The notes beneath the pieces are model-generated. The model searched no databases, was not told where the DNA came from, and was given only the letters and a program-made list of their open reading frames with translations. A program made the position numbers and the translations under genes. Source: a bacterium (GTDB lineage Bacteria; Bacillota_I; Bacilli_A; Izemoplasmatales; Izemoplasmataceae). Taken from it: DNA of 64,000 nt. The stretch is taken from contig JAGYLV010000001.1 of assembly GCA_018400875.1 (NCBI GenBank), positions 77,847-141,846 of the forward strand. The letters are read 5' to 3'. This document shows, in pieces, positions 56,900-64,000 of this stretch (the stretch's first letter is position 1; the number at the start of each line of letters is the position of its first letter).

Positions 56900-58769
56900 T
56901 TTGATCTCCATAACTGATATCGCTTGGCAGTCTGAAATCCGTTCTTGGACTGAGCGCGATATCGATGACTTTCGGCGCATCCGGGGATGCTTGCCGTTTA
57001 AATTGTTGATTGAAAAAGCGCCCGAAAAACCGTGATACATACACTTTTGATTCCGCTTCAGGCAGCTTAAAAACTGTCTTTAGTAAAAAGGCAATCCGGG
57101 ATTCTTTATCACCGTGTCTTAAAAAGCGCGCCATGATAAAATCGTTGATTTCATAGGATCCTATCATCGATTCACTTTCTTGACCCGGTATCAATTCCGG
57201 AGAGATCGGCGTCTTTATGATCGGGGTGGTAATAGGCGATAAATCCTCGCTAAATGCGTATTTCCCATACGCCCCGACGAGAAAGCGAACCAAGGTTTTT
57301 GGAATCCCTTGATTAATGCCATACATACTCATCTGATCGCCGTTATACGTCGCAAACCCGAGGGCAAGTTCACTCATATCTCCCGTTCCTAAGACGATGC
57401 CTTGATGCAAATTCGCGAGGTTCATTAAAATGAGTGTCCGCATCCGGGCATGGGCATTTTCATAGGTGGTATCCAACGTTTTCCCGTCATGCGCGATCAA
57501 GGAAAAATGGTCCCGCACCGCGTCATCAATAGGAATGACTTTGGGCGTAACCCCTAGGGCATCGGATAACGCGTCCGCTTGGGTTTTCGTCCGCGCTGAA
57601 TTGGCTTTAGCCGGCATCATCACCGCCCATACCGCCGTCCGTTTAAGACCCAGTTTATCGGCCACTCGGGCCGCAATCATAAGGGCTAAGGCAGAATCAA
57701 GTCCGCCGGAGACCCCACAGATAATGGTTTGGGCCCCAATGTGTGATAACCGCTTATAAAGCGCGGCTTCTAATAAACTTGAAAGTTGCTTAAACGCCGA
57801 CTCTTCTTCTTTTTTAGGCACAAAAGGCGTCGCATCGAGCGGATGATCAAAGCGATAACTTAAAGCCGGTTCAACGTCAATTTTGACACGTTGAACCGGA
57901 TAAGTTAGGGCGACTTTAAGGTCTCTAAAGCTTGAATAGTGTTGGCGTTTAAAGCGGATGGATTCGAGGTCAATATCCCCGGTAATGGTCACGGTTTCGG
58001 GATTAAAGTCTTCGGTTTCTTGGATCAATTCACCGGTGGAGGCCATGACTAAGTGGCCACTGAATACCGTTTCAGACGTTGATTCACTCGCCCCAGCACT
58101 CGCATAAATGTATGCGCCCATGTTTTTGCGAGAGTGTTCGATGATGGTGCGTTTTCTCACCTCGCGTTTCCCAAAGGTTTCGTTGGAGGCACTGATATTA
58201 AGTATCATTTTGGCGCCTTTTAACGCGAGTAAGTTTCCAGGCGTAAACGGTGCCCACATATCTTCGCACACTTCAACGCCGAAACTCACGGTTTCATCGT
58301 CCGTGGTGAAAAGCAATGACCCAAACGGAACTTTCTGACCGTCAAAGGTGACTTCGCTGACTTCATTGATAATTTTTAACCCGCTGGTGAACCAGCGCTT
58401 CTCGTAATATTCTTGGGTATTGGGGACATACAGTTTCGGAACGATGCCTAAGAGGCGGTTCTTTTTGATGACCCACGCCGCATTATACATGAGCCCTTGA
58501 TAATCAAAGGGCGCGCCCAAAACAATGAAACCGTCATACGGATTATCTTTGAGGAGCGCTTTAATTTCCGCATGCGCCGCACTTAAAAGCTGGCCTTGGA
58601 AAAAGAGATCGCCCGCCGTATATCCCGTCACCGATAGTTCAGGGAATACGACCATGTCGGTCTTTGCGCGTGCTAAAACATCCCGCATGATGCGCATGTT
58701 GGATGCAGGGTTACCGACAAATACTTCGGGCGCAGCGGCCATTACTTTGATAAAGCCTAATCCGGCCAT
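56892..58769 (-). CDS. nadE: Glutamine-dependent NAD+ synthetase (CN-hydrolase domain plus NAD synthetase domain)
   Basis: 625 aa with an N-terminal nitrilase-like domain (catalytic Cys in VEVCEDMW) and a C-terminal PP-loop SGGLDS. Confidence 0.88.
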   Translation of the reverse strand: MAGLGFIKVMAAAPEVFVGNPASNMRIMRDVLARAKTDMVVFPELSVTGYTAGDLFFQGQLLSAAHAEIKALLKDNPYDGFIVLGAPFDYQGLMYNAAWVIKKNRLLGIVPKLYVPNTQEYYEKRWFTSGLKIINEVSEVTFDGQKVPFGSLLFTTDDETVSFGVEVCEDMWAPFTPGNLLALKGAKMILNISASNETFGKREVRKRTIIEHSRKNMGAYIYASAGASESTSETVFSGHLVMASTGELIQETEDFNPETVTITGDIDLESIRFKRQHYSSFRDLKVALTYPVQRVKIDVEPALSYRFDHPLDATPFVPKKEEESAFKQLSSLLEAALYKRLSHIGAQTIICGVSGGLDSALALMIAARVADKLGLKRTAVWAVMMPAKANSARTKTQADALSDALGVTPKVIPIDDAVRDHFSLIAHDGKTLDTTYENAHARMRTLILMNLANLHQGIVLGTGDMSELALGFATYNGDQMSMYGINQGIPKTLVRFLVGAYGKYAFSEDLSPITTPIIKTPISPELIPGQESESMIGSYEINDFIMARFLRHGDKESRIAFLLKTVFKLPEAESKVYVSRFFGRFFNQQFKRQASPDAPKVIDIALSPRTDFRLPSDISYGDQNG

Positions 58770-59332
58770 GAGGTCTCCTTATATAAATGATGATCCAGAA
58801 TGTATTGATGCACGTTTGGGTCTAGGATCGACGCATCTTTGTTGGCGCGATACGCGGTCGAAGACACCGCTTCATCTACGTCTAATATACCATAAATAGC
58901 GCCTGGATAGTGAGCTTTGATGGCATCTATTGCCGCTTCCTCCACGCCTGGGCGACGGATCACTAAAAAGCGATTACGCGTTAATAATTGCTCGGCTTTT
59001 TTCCATGATAAAAGCGTAATGGCTTGGTCCATTCCGAGGACAAAAACCACTGGTTCACCGTATTTTTTTTCTAAGCGTTCCAGCGAATGAATCGCCCCTT
59101 TATATTCAGTGTCTTGGATTTCTAAATCCTCGACCCCCATGTTTGTTTCTCCGACTAGCATCGCTTGTACCATCGCTAAGCGGTGATGCGCTGGTACCAT
59201 GGGCTTTTCATAGATATCTCCGACTGGCAAGAAAACAAAGCGTGAATCCGGATAGGACGCTAATACGGTTTGGGCAATTTTTTTGTGGGCGATGGTGGGC
59301 GGATTAAACGCTCCACCCAAACAAAATATCAT
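58757..59332 (-). CDS. nadD: Nicotinate-nucleotide adenylyltransferase
   Basis: 191 aa with GGAFNPPTIAH. Confidence 0.85.
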   Translation of the reverse strand: MIFCLGGAFNPPTIAHKKIAQTVLASYPDSRFVFLPVGDIYEKPMVPAHHRLAMVQAMLVGETNMGVEDLEIQDTEYKGAIHSLERLEKKYGEPVVFVLGMDQAITLLSWKKAEQLLTRNRFLVIRRPGVEEAAIDAIKAHYPGAIYGILDVDEAVSSTAYRANKDASILDPNVHQYILDHHLYKETSWPD

Positions 59333-59379
59333 GGAAGTACCGCCTTTTCATGAAGATTAAAGGACGCTTTATTTTACCA

Positions 59380-59403
59380 TAAAAAAACCCCTTAAAGGGG
59401 TTA
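59380..59403 (-). terminator. Intrinsic terminator after the ABC ATPase gene
   Basis: Stem aacccct/aggggtt followed by T7 on the minus strand. Confidence 0.7.
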
Positions 59404-60030
59404 AGCCTTTTGCAGCTGGCCGTTTTCTAAACGATAGATTTGACCGCCTAAGGCTTTCGCCACTAAGGCATCATGGGTCACGGTTAAAACCGTTTGGTCA
59501 ACGTCTTTAAATAGGGTTTTAAACCGATCAATCAAGGCAAGCTTTAAAGGCTCATCGAGTGCCTTAAAAGGTTCATCCATCAAGATGATCGAAGGCGCAT
59601 ATATGAGCGCTCGCCCAAGCATGACACGCTGAATCTCTCCGCCCGATAACGCATCCGGATAGCGCGAGGCTAAGTCGTTGAGTTCAAGCGCTTCTAACCA
59701 CTTTTTGAGCAGGGCTTTGGATTTATTATTAGCCGTATAAAGCAAGTTATCTTTCACCGTCATGTGAGGAAAAAGCGTATCGTCTTGAGAGATTAACGTA
59801 ATGGGCCGCTGATGAGGACTGATAAACGGACGAATTAGGGACGCTCCATTCACCGTGATTTCTCCCGATGTCGGTTTGAGCGTTCCCATGATCAGTTTTA
59901 ACAGGGTGGATTTGCCCACGCCCGATGGCCCAATTATGGTCGTTCTTTCGCCTTTATTAACGCTTAAATCTAAGGCTTCAAAAAGTGTATTTGAGTCATA
60001 CCCAAAGGTGAGGTTTTGAATCTTAAGCAT
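59401..60030 (-). CDS. ABC transporter ATPase (short, no TOBE domain)
   Basis: Walker A GPSGVGKST, signature LSGGEIQR and Walker B LMDEP. Confidence 0.85.
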   Translation of the reverse strand: MLKIQNLTFGYDSNTLFEALDLSVNKGERTTIIGPSGVGKSTLLKLIMGTLKPTSGEITVNGASLIRPFISPHQRPITLISQDDTLFPHMTVKDNLLYTANNKSKALLKKWLEALELNDLASRYPDALSGGEIQRVMLGRALIYAPSIILMDEPFKALDEPLKLALIDRFKTLFKDVDQTVLTVTHDALVAKALGGQIYRLENGQLQKA

Positions 60031-61573
60031 CGAACGAGCGCTCCTTCATAAGCATAATGATGGCCAAAACGCTCAACATCATCATGCCTAAAGCTGGGCC
60101 TGCGGCCCGGGCGATTTCTTCATTTTGCAGGGAACGAAAAACAAGGGTTGATAACGTTTCAAACCCAAAGGGTCTCAGCATTAATGTCAGCGGAAGTTCT
60201 TTGAATAAATCAATCGCAATGAGTAACCCCGCTGAAATGAGGCTTTCTTTCAGCATCGGGATATCGACTTTATGCAAGGTTTCAAACCACGATTTACCCA
60301 AGTTTTGAGAGGCTATTGAGTAGCGCATCCCAACTTTTTTATAACCACTTTGAAGCGCATTCATGCCGAGGGTTAAAAAGCGGATGACCATGGCAAAGAT
60401 GACAATGACCAGCGAATATCTTAAAAATGACACACTGATAAACGCAAAACCCATCGCTTCCATGTCGGCAGTCAAGGCCATTAATGAAACGGCGATGATA
60501 CTCCCGGGAATCACGTAACCTAAGGACGCCATACGAATGAGCGGCAGGCGTTTTTTTCTGAGGGGCTGGATCAAAATGAGACTGATCATAAGAATGAGAG
60601 CGACCACCAAAGCACTCATCCACAACGTTCTTAAAAAAGCCATCCCAAACGCTTCTGGGACCGGAGCGATCGACAAATAATAGATGAGTTGAGCCAGCGG
60701 AATTCCTACGGTAATAAGTAAGAGTGCGCTCGCACTGAGGGCCGCCATCCATGGGTGGTTCAGATGTTGAGTGACCGGTTGAACCTTTTTAATTCTTCCT
60801 GCTCTTGGGCGTTTGAAGCGGTCCATCACCATCGATAAAACGAAGGTAAAGACGATGAAATACCCCCCAATGCGCAAAGCGGTGGTCAAATCACCCAGGC
60901 GAAACCACGCGTCAAAGATCGCAAACGAAAACACCGGAATATTAAAATACGCGACGGTGCCGTAATCATTCAAGACTTCAAATGCGACGAGCGATGCCCC
61001 CGCAATAATGCCGGGTGCAATCAAAGGAAGCGTGATGGTTCTAAATACTTTAAAGGGGGAAGTCCCTAAGTTTAAAGCCGCTTCTTCGTAGTGGGTCCCG
61101 TGATGGCGAACGGTCGTTTCGGTGAGTAAAAACACATACGGATAAAGCGCCAGGGCAAACATCACACTCACCCCAGGGATATTCATCCACGACAGCGAAA
61201 ATTGCATGCCTAATTGAGCGATATTTCTCCCAATAAAGCCGGTCACGCTAAATAAATCCGCATAGATCATCGCATACACATACGACGGAATCGCCAGCGG
61301 TAAAATGAGAGCTAAGCGCCAAAATTTCTTTCCTTTAAACGTGTAGCGGGCAAAATAAATCCCCAAGACTGTGCCGATCAAAGTCGCTAACCCTACACTG
61401 AAGATTAAAACACCCGTTGTGTGCCAAAGATACGTCGGTAAAAGCGTGTCTTGGACGTGTTCCCAGACCCGATTAGACGGGGAAAAAAGCGCCCCAATGA
61501 GGGCGCTAAATGGAACCAATAAAAGAACCGAAAGCGCGAGGGCTAATCCGGTGACACGCCTTGGAATTATCAC
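60023..61573 (-). CDS. ABC transporter permease with duplicated BPD domains (FbpB/ThiP type)
   Basis: 516 aa, ~12 TM helices, two permease repeats. Confidence 0.8.
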   Translation of the reverse strand: MIIPRRVTGLALALSVLLLVPFSALIGALFSPSNRVWEHVQDTLLPTYLWHTTGVLIFSVGLATLIGTVLGIYFARYTFKGKKFWRLALILPLAIPSYVYAMIYADLFSVTGFIGRNIAQLGMQFSLSWMNIPGVSVMFALALYPYVFLLTETTVRHHGTHYEEAALNLGTSPFKVFRTITLPLIAPGIIAGASLVAFEVLNDYGTVAYFNIPVFSFAIFDAWFRLGDLTTALRIGGYFIVFTFVLSMVMDRFKRPRAGRIKKVQPVTQHLNHPWMAALSASALLLITVGIPLAQLIYYLSIAPVPEAFGMAFLRTLWMSALVVALILMISLILIQPLRKKRLPLIRMASLGYVIPGSIIAVSLMALTADMEAMGFAFISVSFLRYSLVIVIFAMVIRFLTLGMNALQSGYKKVGMRYSIASQNLGKSWFETLHKVDIPMLKESLISAGLLIAIDLFKELPLTLMLRPFGFETLSTLVFRSLQNEEIARAAGPALGMMMLSVLAIIMLMKERSFDA

Positions 61574-62583
61574 TGATCAAACCGACTTTCATCGACTTTA
61601 ATGGACACGGTTTGGTACCAATCGCCCAAGGTCGAAAGATTAATGGGTTGTTCGTTAAATGTGCCCCACGCATCAATGTATGGATGCACCGTGGCCGTTT
61701 CAATGACCGGGTATTCATAGTTGGTGGAAGCAAACACATTTTGCACATTCTCACTGAGTAAATAAGCGATTAACGCTTCCGCAGCGGCTTTATTATCCGC
61801 ATTTTTAACCACCCCGAGTCCCGTGATATTTACGTGGGTCCCAGTCGTATCTTGATTCGGGAAAAAGACCTCTAAAGCGGCGGCGACTTCCCGTTCAAAT
61901 GGATCATCACTGAATGCCATTTTACCCATGTAATAAGTATTCATGATGGCGATGTCGGCTTCCCCCGAAAATACCGCTTTGGCTTGGTCGCGGTCATTGC
62001 CTGATGGGCGTCTGGCTAAATTATCTTTGAGCCCTAAAAGCCAGCTATCGAACGCTTCTTCTCCGTTGAGCTCAATGAAAGAGGCAAATAAGCTTTGATT
62101 GTAGACATTTTGCGAGCTTCTTAAGACAATCCGGCCTTGCATCGATGGGTCGGTGAGGGCTTCATAGGTTGAAAGATCAGAAAGTGCCACCCGGTCCGGA
62201 TGATACACCAACACTCGGGCACGCTTGGTGACACCGGTATAAAAATGATCGGGATGCCGGTAACGCTCGGGCACGGCGCTTAATATAGAGGCATCCACCG
62301 GCGCTAAGATATTTTCATCCACCGCCCGTTCTAAACGACCGACATCCGTTAAGAATAGTAAATCGGCGGGGGTATTCACGCCTTCGGATTGAATGCGCTG
62401 GATCAGTTCATCGGCGCTGGCCGATAAAATTTCCACCTCAATGCCAGTTTCTAAGGTAAAAGCGTCATAGATGGCATCATCGGTTTCATAATGCCGATCG
62501 GTATATATAACCAAGGCTTCTTGGTCGTCACATCCCGTGAGGAAAATACTCATCACTAGAAGGCTAAAAAGGGCGATTTTCAT
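61570..62583 (-). CDS. FbpA/AfuA-family solute-binding lipoprotein (iron(III)-type; true ligand uncertain)
   Basis: Lipobox LTGC. The block VIYTDRHYETDDAIYDAFTLETGIEVE...SEGVNTPADLLF resembles AfuA/FbpA-type SBPs. Confidence 0.7.
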   Translation of the reverse strand: MKIALFSLLVMSIFLTGCDDQEALVIYTDRHYETDDAIYDAFTLETGIEVEILSASADELIQRIQSEGVNTPADLLFLTDVGRLERAVDENILAPVDASILSAVPERYRHPDHFYTGVTKRARVLVYHPDRVALSDLSTYEALTDPSMQGRIVLRSSQNVYNQSLFASFIELNGEEAFDSWLLGLKDNLARRPSGNDRDQAKAVFSGEADIAIMNTYYMGKMAFSDDPFEREVAAALEVFFPNQDTTGTHVNITGLGVVKNADNKAAAEALIAYLLSENVQNVFASTNYEYPVIETATVHPYIDAWGTFNEQPINLSTLGDWYQTVSIKVDESRFDQ

Positions 62584-62673
62584 AGACCACTCCTTGCTTA
62601 ACGCTAGTTTATAAAAATTCTAAATAAGCCATTTCAGTATAACTTGTCATACATCTTTTGTCCACGGATATCA

Positions 62674-62700
62674 TAAAAAAAACACCCGATGTGGGTGTTT
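62674..62700 (-). terminator. Intrinsic terminator after the DUF402 gene
   Basis: Stem aacaccc/gggtgtt followed by T8 on the minus strand. Confidence 0.75.
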
Positions 62701-63235
62701 ATTCGTGCATGATTTTAAAGCGTTCATAGAGTTGGTCGACAAGCCCACCCGTAAAGGGGCCTTGTCTGGATTCAATCCATGTGATCAAGGTTTTTTGAGA
62801 CGCTTCTAAGACATTTTGAAGCGTTTCAGAATAGTGCATTTGTTCGAGATTACGCCGGTATTCTTTACGGTCCAAAAGCTTATACGTAAAGTCTTTATTC
62901 ACTTTGATATCGAGGTCGTAGTCGATGTATTTCAAAGCTTCATCGTCGATCACATAAGGGGAAGCAATGTTGCAGTAAAAGTAAATGCCATTGGGCCGGA
63001 TGATGCCAATCACGTTGAACCATTGGTCTTTGAAAAACCAGGTCACGGATGGTTCTTTGGTGTACCAGAAGCGGCCGTTGGCTTCGATAACTTTGGTGCG
63101 TTCATTCGCTAAGATAATTTGGTCTTGAGTACGATCAATAATGGTTGCTTTCGCCCAAATGCGATGGAGACGTTCATCGTGCTTATAACTTTGCACGACG
63201 ATGGGTTGGCCGAGGGCTTTATCCATACGCATCAC
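62699..63235 (-). CDS. DUF402 / UPF0374 family protein (nucleoside tri/diphosphatase Ntdp-like)
   Basis: 178 aa with blocks VQSYKHD..LHRIW and YCNIASP...YIDYDLDI, typical of the YgaC/Ntdp family. Confidence 0.7.
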   Translation of the reverse strand: MMRMDKALGQPIVVQSYKHDERLHRIWAKATIIDRTQDQIILANERTKVIEANGRFWYTKEPSVTWFFKDQWFNVIGIIRPNGIYFYCNIASPYVIDDEALKYIDYDLDIKVNKDFTYKLLDRKEYRRNLEQMHYSETLQNVLEASQKTLITWIESRQGPFTGGLVDQLYERFKIMHE

Positions 63236-63251
63236 ATCCTTATTGCCTCCA

Positions 63252-63260
63252 ATTATAGCA
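63252..63260 (-). promoter_or_regulatory. Extended -10 element TGCTATAAT upstream of the DUF402 gene
   Basis: Plus strand reads attatagca. On the minus strand it is followed by a GGAGG RBS and the ATG. Confidence 0.5.
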
Positions 63261-63285
63261 TAGATAAAGGCGCAGGACGTGAGGA

Positions 63286-63798
63286 TTACTTGATTAAATA
63301 ATCTTTCCCTTTGTAATACTCGGGTTCAAAGCGCTCAAGGCCCGGATAGTCTTGCTGGCGCATGACTTCATACATCACAATCGCCACCGTATTGGCGAGA
63401 TTTAAACTGCGAATATGCCCCGACATGGGCAATCTAAAACATGTTTCAATGTGGGGTCTTAAGATGGCTTTAGGGATGCCGGTGGATTCAGAGCCAAAAA
63501 AGAAATACCGCACCGTATCCGCATTCGATACATCTAAAGCATCGGGGGATTTCATCCCATAGCGGGAAAGAAAGTAATAGTCGCCTTTTTCTTTGGCAAA
63601 AAAAGCCTCAATGGAATCATGGACCACATAATCAAGGTGTTCTAAATAGTTGGCCGCGGCCCGTTTTAAATACTTTTCTTCCAAGGAAAACCCTAGGGGT
63701 TTAATCAAATGAAGCTTGGCATTAATGGCCACACAGGTACGCATGATGTTTCCGGTATTTTGGGGGATTTCGGGTTGATATAAGACAACGTGATTCAT
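63286..63798 (-). CDS. trmL: tRNA (cytidine/uridine34-2'-O)-methyltransferase (SpoU/TrmL type)
   Basis: 170 aa with NTGNIMRTC, FGSESTGIP and SLNLANTVAIVMYE (SPOUT knot). Confidence 0.85.
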   Translation of the reverse strand: MNHVVLYQPEIPQNTGNIMRTCVAINAKLHLIKPLGFSLEEKYLKRAAANYLEHLDYVVHDSIEAFFAKEKGDYYFLSRYGMKSPDALDVSNADTVRYFFFGSESTGIPKAILRPHIETCFRLPMSGHIRSLNLANTVAIVMYEVMRQQDYPGLERFEPEYYKGKDYLIK

Positions 63799-63801
63799 CG
63801 G

Positions 63802-64000
63802 CTACTCCATATCTTCAATGATTAACCTTACCGTGGATTCAAACCATGGCACATGCGCGTAATCGGCATACACTTTTTTGATGAGATCTAAATGCTCATA
63901 AAGTCTTTGATTGTACATCAACATGATGGCGTTACGTTTGAGTAAGAGTCCGCCTCTAAATGAAAAAGCGTAGTCTTTATAGCGGCGCTGAATCTCCCGG
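63802..64000 (-). CDS. 3' end of an unidentified CDS that starts beyond the window
   Basis: Manual translation of the minus strand gives ...REIQRRYKDYAFSFRGGLLLKRNAIMLMYNQRLYEHLDLIKKVYADYAHVPWFESTVRLIIEDME, ending at TAG 63804-63802, 3 nt before the trmL ATG. It is absent from the ORF track because it has no in-window start. Confidence 0.5.
   Translation of the reverse strand, partial: REIQRRYKDYAFSFRGGLLLKRNAIMLMYNQRLYEHLDLIKKVYADYAHVPWFESTVRLIIEDME

Noticed and set aside
56900-57040. The 47-aa N-terminal extension of mnmA in the ORF track. The same applies to the pnp extension (14441-14521), the rnhC extension (21140-21193) and the xerD extension (6287-6379).
   Set aside because: The extensions overlap upstream genes, lack an RBS and are not part of the conserved protein families. 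Internal ATGs with good RBS or coupling positions were chosen instead.
62584-62698. Fur box or TPP riboswitch upstream of the FbpA/ThiB-like ABC operon.
   Set aside because: There is no match to the 7-1-7 Fur consensus or to the TPP CUGAGA/ACCUGA cores by eye. The ligand of the transporter therefore stays unresolved.

Overview
64-kb chromosomal window, almost entirely minus-strand coding and tightly packed, with many 4-14 nt gene overlaps. The standard genetic code applies, since TGA is used as a stop. GC looks moderate by eye (not computed). Gene content resembles a low-GC Bacillota / Mycoplasmatota (Acholeplasma- or Izemoplasma-like) organism: type-B RNase P RNA, RNase HIII, MutS2, lipoprotein solute-binding proteins, and Opp ATPases with coiled-coil inserts. 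Most genes are housekeeping: deoB, xerD, hemW, lepA, rnpB, pnp, rpsO, ribF, truB, trxA, mutS2, rnhC, infC-rpmI-rplT, coaD, rsmD, nadD-nadE-mnmA, trmL and five tRNAs. No rRNA, CRISPR array, IS/transposase or prophage was recognised. The main findings are these. (1) A monocistronic KR2-like microbial rhodopsin carries the N-D-Q helix-C motif diagnostic of light-driven Na+ pumps. (2) About 3 kb away lies an NqrBCDEF-type operon with no NqrA, RnfC or RnfB; a GltS-family Na+/glutamate symporter gene and a MATE gene lie elsewhere in the window (about 23 kb and 3 kb from the rhodopsin), which suggests a sodium-based energy economy. (3) Ribosomal protein L20 is fused to a long Ala/Lys/Pro repeat tail and a Rho_N/SAP-like helix-hairpin domain. 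(4) A ~170-nt highly structured small RNA with a perfect TTGACA-17-TATAAT promoter has a 6S-like architecture. (5) A patatin-like phospholipase is translationally coupled to mnmA and followed by a secreted beta-rich protein, a single-pass membrane protein and a minimal ABC ATPase/permease pair. (6) Two very large coiled-coil proteins sit at the left edge. (7) An AAC(3)/ABC-F pair is joined by an ATGA overlap and transcribed from an apparently leaderless promoter. (8) A CsoR-family regulator that lacks the copper ligands sits upstream of a split AhpF-like TrxR plus PDO redox pair. All functional calls come from motif reading and recalled family knowledge; no database search was possible.
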